Shown: positions 49,302 through 64,000 of the stretch, one piece after another
Position numbering within the stretch: the first letter of the stretch is position 1
Layout: the number at the start of each line of letters is the position of its first letter
Source of the DNA: the human T2T-CHM13v2.0 reference genome, Homo sapiens
Direction: 5' to 3' (one strand)
DNA: 64,000 bases
Assembly: GCF_009914755.1 (NCBI RefSeq)
Contig: NC_060937.1
Program-made: the position numbers and the translations under genes
The notes under the pieces: generated by a model
Seen by the model: the letters and a program-made list of their open reading frames with translations, nothing else
Database searches by the model: none
What the model was told of the DNA's origin: nothing

Positions 49302-50313
49302 AAAGATATTTTATTGTTATAAATGCTATTGTTATATGGTTTTATTTAATCTTCTCAAAATTCATGTGTGAGGGAGCAATTTTCATCTCCACCAATGAAG
49401 AAACAAAGGCTATGAGAAATTAAGTTAGATGTTCAAGGTCACCTTGGCAGTGTGTAAGAGGCAGGACAGACGCATAGAGAGATGCTGGCTGGTGATGAGA
49501 AAAGTTGAACAACATAACCTCTGTAGCTTATGAAAACTCTAAAAATTCTAGGGAGGTAGATTCATAGCAATAGCAATAAGACAAACCTTTATGCGATATC
49601 TGTTTTACGGGTACCTTGAAGTACTTTTCATATTTTCCCATTTGATTTTATATTATCCTAATAAGATTGTACAATATAAAAAATCTTTTTAAAAAGAAAA
49701 ATCATATTCCTGTTCTGATCTAATCTCCGAGAATCACTCATTTTAATGGACATAAATTTTTTCACATATTTCTATTATTCATTCTTTTAAGTACCAAAAT
49801 TTCACACTGTGATAATATCAAAGAGTACCTATTTTGGGGCCTCCCCAATCTGACCATTTCTATTGGTTGGGAAATGAGTTCTCTTCTTTCTTTTCTTCCA
49901 GCAAGGATTATTAGGTTGAGGTCAGATTCCAGATTTTGTTCTTTGGATTTTTTTTCTACCACTTACTTTGCTATTTTCACTTTGTTCCCATGGCATTCGT
50001 CTTTGCTGCTTTCTCGTATTTCTCGAAGACTTATCTCTTATAAGACTTATATCATTTTTCTGTGTTCCCTGAGTTTAGTTATTAGCACAGCTCAGAGTCT
50101 CCATTTCACGGGCCCCTTTTCCATGTCTCAGTGTCTTGCTATCTCTGTGCTTTGCAAACTGGGCCCCAAATATTCTGCTTTTGGAAAAAAAAAAAAAAAA
50201 AGCAATCTAGGTATACAAAAGACAAAGGATTTATTGTCTTCATTTCCCAACAAAGAAGTGACGAGACAGGCGAAGCAACTTGCCCAAATTAGTTACTTAA
50301 ACTAACCCCCAAA

Positions 50314-50603
50314 GGCCAGGCAGTGGCTCATGCCTATAATCCTAGCATTTTGGAAGGCTGAGATGGGAGGATTGCTTGAGCCCAGGAATTCAAGACCACC
50401 CTGGGCAACATGGCAAACCCCATCTCTATAAAAAAATTAGCCAGGCATGGTGGTGTGTGCCTGTAGTCCCAGCTACCTGGGGGAGTGAGGTGGGAGGATA
50501 GCTTGAGCCCAGGAGGTTGAGGCAGCAGTGAGTTGAGATCACGCTACCACATGCCAGCCTTGGTCACAAAGCAAGACGCTGTCTCAAAAAATAAAAATAA
50601 ATG
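50314..50603 (+). mobile_element. AluJ
   Basis: gattgcttgagcccagg in both arms; TSD aaactaaccc. Confidence 0.92.
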
Positions 50604-51084
50604 AAACTAACCCACCCTTTCTTAAGTGTCCTCACTGTCAGACTAGTACTTCTGCAGCATCTTTGTTTTATAACCTAATGTGACTCTCCCATGAAAAAGG
50701 TAGAGTAAATTAAAACCACAACCACAGCCACAAACATTATGTGAGAGTTGTTACTGTGGAGTTGAGGAAAGGTTAGGAATTGACATTTTTAGATCATATT
50801 CTCTTCTGCTACATGTCAAGACATCTCAGCCTAGTGGGTGGCTGATACTTCAGACTCCTGGCCTGTGAACATTGTGCCCAAGAACCAACAGCCAAGTTGA
50901 TGCCCATTCAATTATAGGCTGTGACTGCAGTATCCTGAGAAGACAGGGTCTCTTTAGCAGGAGCAAGACTGGACACTGAGGGGTTTAGGATGCCTTAGCC
51001 TCTGTTGCAGATGGGAAGGGAAGTTATATAGAGGACAAAAACTAAAGGAAAGTCATCTACTTCTTCCTGACTTAGTGTTAGGAA

Positions 51085-51465
51085 GGCTGCATTGTGGTCT
51101 CCCAAAATTCCTATGCTGAAGTCCTAACCCCCAGCCTCTCAGAATGAAACTGCATTTGGAGACAGGGGCTTTAAAGAAGTAACTAAGTTAAAATGAGATC
51201 ATTAGGGTGAGCCTTAATCCAATCTGAATGGTGTACTTTCTAAGAAGAGAAAATAAGGACACAGCTACACACAGAGGGAAGACCATTTGAAGACACAAGG
51301 AGAAGATGGTATCTTCAAGCCAAGGAGAGAGGCTTCAGAAGAAAGATCCTGACCGCACCCTGACTTCAGACCCCGGCCTCTAGAACTGTGAAAAAATACA
51401 TTTCTGTTGTTTAAGCCAACCAGACCGTGGTGCTTTGTTAACGGCAGCCCTGGCAAATGAATACA
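51085..51465 (+). mobile_element. MaLR solo LTR (MLT1B-like)
   Basis: gaagtcctaacccccag...tttggagacagggg...ggcagccctggcaaatgaataca. Confidence 0.82.
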
Positions 51466-51768
51466 TTGAGGTTGTCCTCAAACTTGAGGACACTTAAATG
51501 AACATCCAATTGGAAATAAGCAAAACATTGCAATATGAGGTGGACAAAAGTGGCTCTCTGAACAATCTTTTCTTCCTTCCACATGCCATAGATGTTACTT
51601 ACTGTAGATGACTTAGTAGCACAGAAATCAGTGAAACCACTTCTCATTTTCCTGACCTCCAACCATGGGAGCTCCCAAGGCCAGTCCTTGGGTGTCCAGC
51701 TTCACTCCCTCTCTTGGTGAGCTCAACTGGTCCTTGTGTTCAGATGCCATCTACATGCTGTTAACTTC

Positions 51769-52595
51769 TGTCTTCATCTGCTTGGGCTGCCATAACAAAA
51801 TACCATAGACTGGGTGGCTTCAACACCATACATGTATTTCTCACAGTTCTGAAGCCTGGAATGTCCATGCTGTGGTTTGGATATGGTTTGTTTGGCCCCA
51901 TCAAGTTCATGTTGAAACCTGATCCCCAATATTGGAAGTGGGGCCTGGTGGGAGGTGGGGGTGGATTGTGGGGGTGGATCCCTCAGTTATGAATTGGTAG
52001 CATTCTCACAGGAGTGTGTTCTCACTCTTAATGCCCGAGAGACCTGGTTGTTGAAAAGAGCCTGGCACTGCCTCCTTCTTTCTTGTTTCTGCTCTCACCA
52101 TGCGATCTGTACATGGCACTCCCCTTCACCTTCCACTGTGAGTGGAAGCAGCCTGAGGCCTCACCAGAAACAGATGCTGCATGCTTCCTGTAAAGCCTGC
52201 AGAACCATGAGCCAAATAAACGTCTTTTCTTTATAAATTACCCATGCTCAGGTATTCCTTTCTAGCAACACAAATGGACTAACACAGTCCATGATCAAGG
52301 TGCCAGCAGATTGGGCTTCTGGTGCAGCCCTTCTTCCTGGCTTGCAGGTGGCCTCCTTCTCACTGTGCACTCCCATGGCCTTTTCTTGGTGTGTGCACGT
52401 GGAGAGAAAAGGAGCTCTCTCTCTTCCTCCACTTACAAGGGCACTAATCCCACTACAAAGGCCCCACCCTCATGACCTCATCTAATCCTAATTACCTCTT
52501 AAAGGCCCTCATCTCCAAATACTATTGCACTGGGGATTAGGGCTTGAACATATATAAATTTGAGTAGGGGGGCAAGACACATAAACATTCAGCTC
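51769..52595 (-). mobile_element. MLT1A-like LTR split by an MST LTR
   Basis: tgtcttcatctgcttgggctgccataacaaaataccataga...|...gatcaaggtgccagcagatt...aaacattcag. Confidence 0.82.
51868..52286 (+). mobile_element. MST (MSTB-like) solo LTR
   Basis: tgctgtggtttggatatgg...aatggactaacaca; perfect TSD gtcca at 51863-51867 and 52287-52291. Confidence 0.88.
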
Positions 52596-52682
52596 CTAAC
52601 AAGATCCAAATTTTTAACTCCAGTCTGGACCTGTCCCCTGAGACTGTGTCCAGTTGCCTCCTGTCATCTCGTCTTTGATATT

Positions 52683-53053
52683 TGATATGGTTTGGCTGTG
52701 CCCCCACCCAAATCTCATTTTGAATTGTAGTTCCCATAATCCCCACATGTTGTGGGAGGGATGAGAGGTAATTTAATCATGGGTGCAGTTACCCTCAGGC
52801 TTTTCTTGTGATAGTGAGTTAGTTCTCATGAGATCTGATGGTTTTATAAGGGGCTTTTCCCCCTTTTGCTTCACACTTCTCCTTTCCTGCCATCATGTGA
52901 AGAAGGACATGTTTGTTTCCCCTCCTGCCATGATTGAAAGTTTCCCGAGGCCTCCCTCATCATGCAGAACTGTGAGTCAATTAAACCTCTTTCCTTTATA
53001 AATTATCCAGTCTTGATAAGTCTTCATTAGCAGCGTAAGAACGGACTAACATA
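52683..53053 (+). mobile_element. THE1 (C/D-like) solo LTR
   Basis: tgatatggtttggctgtg...gtgagtcaattaaacctctttcc...acggactaa. Confidence 0.87.
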
Positions 53054-53824
53054 CTGAATTGACAACCCAGACTCAACCCATGCTCAACCCTGAACAGATC
53101 TGTTCCCACAAACCCGCTCCTTTCCCTAGTCATCTCCAGCTCAATACATGGCAACTTCACTTGCCCAATTGCTAAAAAACTTGGAGTCATCCTTGACCCC
53201 TCCATATCTCTTTCACGTCGCACATCTAATTTGTCACTGGATCCCCCTGGCTCTGCCTTTGCAAGATACACAGGCTTTGACTGTTTCCCGTCACCTCCAC
53301 CATTTCCAGCTTGGGCCATGCCACCATGCTGGACACCTGCTTCTGCCCTTGTGGTCAGTTCTCAGCACAGTGGCCAGAAAGATCCTCTGGCCTTAAATCT
53401 GATCTGACCTGCTTAAAACTCCCTAATCACTTCCAACTCACTCTAAGTCAAAGCCAAAGTCCTACAATTCCCTACTATCCTGCCACCTTCTCCACTGTGT
53501 CCTCAATGACCATGAGTCCAGCCTGGCTCGCTTCACCCCAGCCACAGTGGCCACCAGCTGTTCCTCAACCACACTGGGCATGCACCCACCCAGTGACTCT
53601 TGGTGCCTCCTCTCTGCCTGGACCACTTTTCCACAAATATCCATATGGATACTTCTTGTATCTATTCTAAATATGGATATTGATCATATTTCTCCTTCAC
53701 TTTATTCTGATCTTTTCTGGAATTTCCCCTTCTCATAAAGCCTTCCTGGCCACCCTACCCAAAGTCACAGCACCTAAATACTCACTTCCTACCACCTGAA
53801 TTACTGTTTATTCTCCTTAGGAGT

Positions 53825-54144
<320 letters not shown>

Positions 54145-54364
54145 TAAAGGTTTTGCTTATGTATTATGTATATTCTTTCCTTCCCAACACCAAGATATAA
54201 GCATCATGTGGTGAAGAATTTGTGTCTGTTTTATTTACCGCTCTGTTCCAGCTGATTGAAACAATACCTGGCACATAATACATGCTCAGTAAGTACTCGA
54301 GGAATGGCAGAATTATTGTTTTCTGTCCCTGGTTCTCCTCTGGGAAGGGAAAGTTGAGGAGCTA

Positions 54365-55035
54365 ATGCGGGTGGTAGGCACAATAATGGCCTCCTCCCAA
54401 AATGTTACCTTACATGCTAAAAGAAACTTTGCAGATGGGATTCATTTAAGGGTCTTGTGATAGGGAGAATGTCCAAGTGGACCCAATACAGCCACAAGAG
54501 TCCTTAGGAAAGGGAGGCATGGACTGTAATCCCAGCACTTTGGGAGGCCGAGGCGGGTGGATCATGAGGTCAGGAGATCGAGACCATCCTGGCTAACACA
54601 GTGAAACCCCATCTCTACTAAAAATACAAAAAATTAGCTGGGCGAGGTGGCAGGTGCCTGTAGTCCCAGCTACTCGGAAGGCTGCGGTAGGAGAATGGCG
54701 TGAACCCGGGAGGTGGAGCTTGCAGTGAGATCACGCCACTGCACTCCAGCCTGGGCGACAGAGCGAGACTCCGTCTCAAAAAAAAAAAAAAAAAAAAAAA
54801 GGGAGGCAGGGAGACAAGGTGAGAGGAGTGATGTCAGGAGCGGGTGGAGGTGGGAGTGATGAGGGGCCATGAGCTAAGCAGTGCTGGAGTTCCCTAGGGG
54901 TTGCTGGAGGCAGGAGATGCTCCTGAGAAAAGTGCTCTTGCTGACCCGTGGTTTCAGGACCTCCAGCCTCCAGAACTATCAGATAACAAAGTTGTATTGT
55001 TTTAAACCTCTAAGCCTGTGGTGATTCGTCACAGC
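54365..55035 (+). mobile_element. MLT1 (D-like) LTR interrupted by an AluY
   Basis: gtggtaggcacaataatggcc...actttgcagatgggatt...cagcagccatgggaaac. Confidence 0.72.
54524..54800 (+). mobile_element. 5'-truncated AluY
   Basis: Starts at ctgtaatcccagc; TSD aaagggaggca(t/g)gga. Confidence 0.92.
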
Positions 55036-55366
55036 AGCCATGGGAAACCAACCAAGCAGACTTAACTAATTCCCGGGCCAGGCCTACCTCAGCTGAGGGC
55101 TTCTCCGGTCCAAACACCACCTCTCTCGCTGTTCTCTGAGGGGATTCAATGGATTCTGAGGAGAACTGAAGTTGTTTTTTATTCAGAGGCTCAGATAATC
55201 AAGCAAAGCTACTCCAGGGATGGGGACTCAGACAGGGACATGGAGGTAGAAATGGGCACCAGGCATCTGGGCTGGTCACGCTGCTTCCTCACAAGAGTCC
55301 AGTCTCCCTGTGGGCCCCACGTGCACATCTCCCAGGGATTTCCCATGAACCATTTCTCCTTCCTAA

Positions 55367-55768
<402 letters not shown>

Positions 55769-56048
55769 TTGTACCCAGCTTTTTTTTTTTTTTTTTTTTT
55801 TAAACCTCAGTTCCTGCTAACCTTCTCACTGGAAATACAATCATGCCCCACATAAGAACGTTTCGGTCAAGGATAGACCACATATATGACAGTGGTACCA
55901 TAAGATTATACTATAGCTGAAAAATTCCTATGGCCTAGTGATGTCCTAGCTGTGGTAATGTTGTACAGTAATGCATTCCTCATGAGCTTGTGGTGATGCT
56001 GGCTTAGACAAACCTGCTGTACTGCCAGTCCTATAAAAGTCTAGCAAA

Positions 56049-56359
<311 letters not shown>

Positions 56360-56886
56360 TTATGTACAGTGCATCATCCCTGATAATGATAATAAATGAT
56401 TGTGTAACTGGTTTATGTATTTACTATAATATTTGTTCCTTTAACTTATAAAAGAAAAACGTTAATTCTTAAATAGCCTCAAGGAGATCCTTTAGGAGGT
56501 GTCGAGAAGAAGGCGTTATTACTATAGGAGATGACAGCTCCATGCATGTTAGTGCCCCAAAAACCTTCCAGTGGGACAAGATGTGGGGGTGGAAGACAGT
56601 GATATTGATGATCCTGACCCTGTGCAGGTCTGGGCTAATGTGTGTATGTTTGTGTCTTAGTTTTTAGGAAAAAAGTTTTAAAAAATTCAAAAAGACAAAT
56701 TCTAAAAATAGAAAAAAGCTTATAGAGTAAGGATATAAACAAAGAAAAATATTTTTGCACAGCTGTATAATATGTTTAAGTAAGTGTTATTACAAAAGAG
56801 TCTTAAAGTTTAAAAAGATTTAAGCATTTATAAAGTAAAAAAGTTACAGGAAACTAAGGTTAATTTATTATTGAAGAAATAAAAAA

Positions 56887-57168
56887 TTTTTTTTCGAGAC
56901 AGAGTCTCGCTCTGTCGTCCAGGCTGGAGTGCAATGGTGCGATCATGGCTCACTGCAACCTCCGGGTTCAAGAGATTCTCCTCCCTCCGCCTCCCAAGTA
57001 GCTGGGATTACAGGCACATGCCACCATGCCTAGCTAATTTTTGTATTTTTAGTAGAGACGAGGTTTCACCATGTTGGCCAGGCTGGTCTCGAACTCCCGA
57101 CCTTGTGATCCACCCGCCTCAGCTGCCCAAAGTGCTGGGATTACAGGTGTGAGCCACTACGCCCGGCC
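56887..57168 (-). mobile_element. AluS (Sg-like)
   Basis: Antisense dimer with a short internal deletion. Confidence 0.92.
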
Positions 57169-57192
57169 AGAATAATATTTTTAATAAATGTA

Positions 57193-57551
57193 TATTATGA
57201 TTAGGCTTTGTATCCCCACTCAAATCTCATCTTGAATTATAACCCCCAGATGTTGAGGGAGAGTCCTGGTGAGAGGTGATTGGATTATGGGAGCAGTTTC
57301 CACCAGGCTGTTCTCATGATAGTGAGGGAGCTCCTATGAGATCTGATGGTTTTATAAATGGCAGTTTACCCTGGGGTTCTCTCTCTCATCTGCTGCCATG
57401 TAAGCTGTGCCTGCTTCCCCTTCCACCATGATTGTAAGTTTCCTGAGGCCTGCCCAGCCATGAGGAACTGGGAGTCAATGAAACCTCTTTCCTTTATAAA
57501 TTACCCAGTCTCAGGTATTTCTTTTTAGCAGTGTGAAAATGGGCTAATACA
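57193..57551 (+). mobile_element. MST/THE1 solo LTR
   Basis: ...caaatctcatcttgaatt...gggctaataca; perfect TSD atgta at 57188-57192 and 57552-57556. Confidence 0.85.
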
Positions 57552-57592
57552 ATGTAGTAGCCTAAGTGTACAGTGTTTATGTAGTCTACAGT

Positions 57593-58275
<683 letters not shown>

Positions 58276-60556
58276 GCTATGTTCTAGACCTTCAACTCAT
58301 TCACCACTCACTCACTGAGTGAGTCACCCAGAGCAGCTTCCAGTCCTGCAAGCTCCATTCATGGTAAGTGCCCTCTGCAGGTACACCATGTTTTAATCTT
58401 TTATACCATACTTTTACTGTACTTTTTCTATGCTTAGATATGTCTAGATATACATATACTTACTATTTGTTATGATTACCTACAGTTTTCAGTACAGTAA
58501 CATGCTGTTCCAGTTGATGGCCTAGGAGCAACAGGCTGTACCATATAGCCTAGGTACATAGAAGGCTACACCATCTAGGTGGGTGTAAGTACATTCTGTG
58601 ATGTTCACACAATGATGAAATCGCCTACTGATGCATTTCTCAGAATGTATCCCCGTCATTAAGCAAATCATGACTGTCATTAAATTCCAGAACTCTGAGT
58701 CTTTTCTTGTGTCCTGCACATTTTGCAGCCTCAGACATCATTCAGTGGCTTTTCTCTTTGGCCAATTACAGAGACCCCAAAGTAGAAGGAGTGGGTTTTG
58801 ATATAGTATGTTTAACCCTTCCATGTTAGGAGAAAGGTGAGCTTGCTCCTGAGGATGAGGGCTGGGGAAGAAGCTGGGATGCCAGGTGTGACTGTACCAA
58901 GCTTTAGGTCCCAGTCGAAATCTCCCTCCCTTCTCCCAAGCAGGAATCATTTCCTTTGCAGTTCCTTCCCAACCCACCCTCACCCCTACCCTGGTCTGAT
59001 CTACTAGGGAGATTCATATTCTCTGTATTAACATAACTTTGATTCTAGTTTTGCTAAAAATACTCTGGATTTATTTTGCTAAGACAGCATTTGCCCCTCC
59101 TCCTCCCAATGCTCTCTCCACAGTTACATTATAAAACTTGTTGGGTTAATTGACAATAAATTGTGTCATTTACAAGTCAACCTTTTGTAATTCCTTATCA
59201 TTTAGGACAATAGAGAAGACTCAGTTTACCCATCATGAAAGCACTAAAAAAGAGAAGCTGCATAAAATGCACAAATATTTGAGCAAAGAGTGTTGAAAAG
59301 AACAATTGTGGAGTAAAACCTTGTGGGACCATCTTTTCCACTGCCTGCTGAGCCCTCCACCTGTTTCTTACCTCTTCAGGTCCTGGCTTAGTGTGCCTTC
59401 CCCCTAGAAGTGAATAAGGCTTCTTTTGTCATATCCACATGGGTGGGCTTGGTGCACTTGTGATGTGGTGCCTCCTGTTAATTCACCTGTCATCCCGGCT
59501 GCACCGTCAACGCTCATGGACGGGGGCCTCCTAACACAGACCTTGATGTCTTTTCAACATGAAATGGATGATGGGTATTTTTTTTGAGATATTCAGGTTT
59601 TCAAAAGCCAAAACCCTAAGTATGTTCAGTGTTCTGTGGGAATAGAGGAGCCAGAAGTCGTGCCTCTGAAGGAAAAGAGAAAAGAGAAGGGATTCCCTTC
59701 AAGCTAAAACGGAAGGAGGGGTCTGTGGTCTTGCAGACAGCAGGGACCCCCCCTCATCTGCGGTTCCCAGCCTTGCTGGCAGTTCGCTTGCCCTAAGCAG
59801 GGCCTGGAAGTTGCGGCGCAGGTGCACGGACCTGACATGCAGCTGGGACTGTGGTCCTCAGAGGGTCTCCTGACACCCTGATGCTACCTGAGTTGCTGGA
59901 ACTCTACTGTCCAGCAAGACGTCCAGCGAAGGGGGTGCAGTAAGCCCCGCAATGGCTGGGGCTGAGTTTTTTCCTGCCTGGTGGAAAGAAGTTTGGAATA
60001 TAAATTAATTTAAGTGATATTCTTTGCATGCCTGAATTTGGAAATGTAGTTATTTAAATGGGAAACAAATATAGAGTGCTTTCACCATGGGAAAAACATC
60101 AAAGTTCTTAATTCTACCACGAAAAAAAAAATCAAAGTCACAAGTTAATTACAGTGTGAATCTGTTTTGATGACTAATTTGTGAGAACTGAAGAAAAATG
60201 TAGAAGTAATCAGCATCAAATTACATTAAGATGGTCAATGAGATCATCCGGGGAGATAGGTGGTAGAAAGTTATTTCCATGACTAGATCATAAATACTGG
60301 AATGGGAAGATTATTGAGAAAATGAAAGGTCTTTCTTCAGAAATGCTTTAAAACACAAAAGATTGATACCTCTGTCCAGCAAGGCGCCTCAGGAATCGAC
60401 TAGATGCCATTGGAAAGTCCTTATTAGGGCTTCTAATTTACACAGAAAGAAACCAAACTCAATAAGAGAACAGGCACACACAAAGAAGCTCTCAAGTCAG
60501 AAAAGGCTTTGGAAGAATCATAAAGAGGGGATCATGGTTTGTTTTTTTTTTCTTCA

Positions 60557-61045
<489 letters not shown>

Positions 61046-61537
61046 TCAATATCCATAAAAAAGAAGTACATAGGAATGTTGGTAGAAAGACTTCTATTAT
61101 AATGTAATTTTGAAATGTATATCCTGGTGCTTTCATTCTTTCATCTATTAGACATGTTTTACATATCATAGGCATTCAATTAGTATTAGCAGAATGACTA
61201 AGATATGGTGTATCACCTCTTGGGGCGAGTGAACAGCCTGAGTCCCTTTTGTCAAGGATGAAGAAGGGCTTTCACCTCTTGGTCTGTCCACCTGTTCACC
61301 CACCTCCTTATTCTTCCTCAGAAAAATTGCTAACTTGCGGGGCGTGCTTATATCATCTATGCAGCTAGTGGGCCAAAACAGAACATTGGGCCACAGCTGA
61401 ATATTGTGGAGCACAGTTCACCTGTGGGCTACAAATGAACATTGATAGAAGAGGAACTACAAAAGGGTCTTAAACATGGGAAAACGCACAAGTTCACAAA
61501 TGGGAGAGAAAAGCAAACTCCAGTATACTAAGACATC

Positions 61538-62081
61538 TTTTTTTTTTGAGACGGAGTCTTGCTCTGTCACCCAGGCTGGAGTGCAGTGGCGTGATCTTGG
61601 CTCACTGCAGCCTCTGCCTCCCGGGTTAAAGTGATTCTCCTGCCTCAGCCTCCCAAGTAGCTGTGATTACAGGTGTGCACTGCCATGCCTGGCTAAGTTT
61701 TGTTTTTTTAGTAGAGACGAGAGACTAGGTTTCACCATGTTGGCCAGGACGGTTTTTTTTTTTTTTTTTTTTTTTGAGACGGAGTTTTGCTCTGTCGCCA
61801 AAGCTGGAGTGCAGTGGTGTGATCTCAGCTCACTGCATCTTCCACCTCCCGGGTTTAAGCAATTTTCTGCCTCAGCCTCCTGAGTAGCTGGGACTACAGG
61901 CACCCACCACCACGCCTGGCTAATTTTTTTGTACTTTTAGTAGAGCCGGGGTTTCACCATCTTAGCCAGGCTGATCTTACCACACCCCGCCTAGGAAGGT
62001 CTTGATCTCCTGACCTCAAGATCCGCCTGCCTCTGCCTCCCAAAGTGCTGGGATTACAGGTGTGAACCACAGAGCCCAGCT
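61538..62081 (-). mobile_element. AluS with a second, internally deleted Alu (61754-61992) nested in its left arm
   Basis: Outer TSD agacatc; inner junctions aggacggt and aggaaggt. Confidence 0.85.
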
Positions 62082-62520
62082 GAGACATCATTTTTTAACC
62101 TATCAGACTGGCAAACAACTTAGAAGTGTGACAGCCTACTCTGGTGAGGTGGTTGGGGGTGGGATACCGGGAGCGAAGAAGAATCTCATGTTGCTGGTAT
62201 AAGTATCAATCGCAATCACCCCATGGAGGACAATTTTGTGATGTTTATCAAATTACAAATGTACAACATTTTGACCCTGGGATTCTGCTTGTAGGAATTT
62301 ATCCTGCAGTTATATTAGTATCTGTGCAAAATGACATGAACAGGGTTATCCATGGAAGCATTTGGATATAATATCAACTAGGAAACAATTTAAATGCCCA
62401 TCAATAAGTAATTCTTAAAGTAAATTATGGTGTGCCTATATAATGGAATACTATGTAGATGTAAAAAAAAGAGAGAGAAATTGATATGAAATTATTTAAG
62501 CATCGATATGAAATTATTTC
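62082..62520 (+). mobile_element. L1ME-type 3' fragment
   Basis: acctatcagactggcaaa...tttgaccctgggattctgcttgtaggaatttatcct...aatggaatactatg. Confidence 0.72.
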
Positions 62521-62983
62521 CGACATTTTCCTGGGAAAAAAATAGCATGAAATTCTATATTTGCTGTTAAAAAAACAACATATATCTGGGTTGGCTTGAA
62601 TTCTCTAGAGAGATAAAGAAGAAGCTAAAAGATAAACATGTCTTTTTCTGGAAAGATAAAGAAGCAGCTGTAAAGATAAAGAGGTGACCTGTTTGGAGGT
62701 AGGGCAGATAGCAGCAACAGGTGAACAGGGTAAGAGGAAAGCTTTTCATGAACTATCTTTTAATAGAGTTTGATTGGAATTCTATCTTTAGAATTAGAGG
62801 ATGAGGATGACGTTAAGGCGCCATGTTTGCGCTCTCCATCTGTGCTCACTCACTCTTGCCTGAGTTTCGTGCAGCTTGGGGTCATGCGGAGAAGGGTGAA
62901 TCCCCGCACCATTTGGATTTAGGTTCTGAGCTAAGCCTCTGCTCCAGCCTGGCCCTCCCAGAGCTAGGGTGATTGTCCTGGGC

Positions 62984-63167
62984 CAATAATTCTCAATCTG
63001 GCCGTATGCTAGAATCTCCTAGCGAGCTTTAAAAGATCCTAATGCCCAGGCTGCACCCCAGACCAGCGACATCAAGATCTCTGGAAGGGGAGGAGCACCT
63101 AGGCATCAGTGCATTATCAAAGGTCCCCAGGCCATTCCAGTATGCACTCAAGTTTGAGAACCAGTGG
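62984..63167. mobile_element. MER5A hAT MITE
   Basis: ttctcaa...agaatctcct...atgcccaggctgcaccccagacca...agtttgagaaccagtg. Confidence 0.78.
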
Positions 63168-63669
63168 CTTGTTTAAAGAATAACTTCCTCATTTCACATG
63201 CACTGTCATGCTCTGTCTCTTTCTTTCTGCCTCTGGGACTTCCCAGGGATCTAAAGTGACGAGCAGGGCAGTGTTTAAGCATTTAAACTTTAGTAGCCTT
63301 AGTAGCCTCTGACTTTAGTAGCCTTAAATACCATGTGAGTCTATCCTGAGCTATCTGTAACTAGCAATTGTTAAAAAAAAAAAAAAAAGAAGACACTTGA
63401 AAGAATATTAGAGTCCTCCAGTTAGAACCAGTTTGATGAATCAAAGATTAATACCATGAATTGAATTTAGAAATTCCTTAAGAAATTAGTGTTAATATAT
63501 ACAGAATATATTCGAATTTATGATGATGATCTTTTTCTTCATTTACAGCAAGAAATTTGTAGTTGATACAGCAATTAATCAGGTGATAATAGGGCTGAAG
63601 GTAATATTTTTTCTGACATTTTATTTTTAACACCTGTATTGAGATATAATTTACATACCATAAAATTTA

Positions 63670-63997
<328 letters not shown>

Positions 63998-64000
63998 GGT

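Noticed and set aside
49874-50305. 143-aa ORF in non-Alu sequence
   Set aside because: Low-complexity Ser/Leu/Phe composition from a T-rich strand, runs through a poly-A tract, and shows no recognisable domain.
63288-63327. Three copies of ttagtagcct
   Set aside because: Short slippage-type micro-duplication with no further structure.

Overview
This window is primate (very probably human) nuclear DNA with no supportable protein-coding exon, RNA gene or CRISPR array. It reads as intergenic or deep-intronic sequence dominated by transposable elements: about 54 Alu copies or fragments by my hand count (J, S and Y classes), two solo ERV9 LTR12-family promoters on the minus strand with perfect 4-bp target-site duplications (TSDs), many MaLR/ERVL/ERV1 solo LTRs, a Tigger3-type DNA transposon carrying five nested insertions, and old L1, L2, MIR and MER5 fragments. 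The supplied ORFs are repeat-derived or chance. I found no evidence for a new gene system. The strongest observations are (i) a near-pristine AluYa-lineage insertion with a 20-bp TSD that may be polymorphic, (ii) two co-oriented LTR12 promoters, (iii) a twin-priming-type inverted L1 later hit by an LTR12, (iv) three Alu 3' ends carrying locally templated insertions resembling end-joining scars, and (v) TSD-less or compound Alus pointing to Alu-Alu recombination. Subfamily names are recalled from consensus sequences and need RepeatMasker/Dfam confirmation; boundaries of old repeats are approximate.
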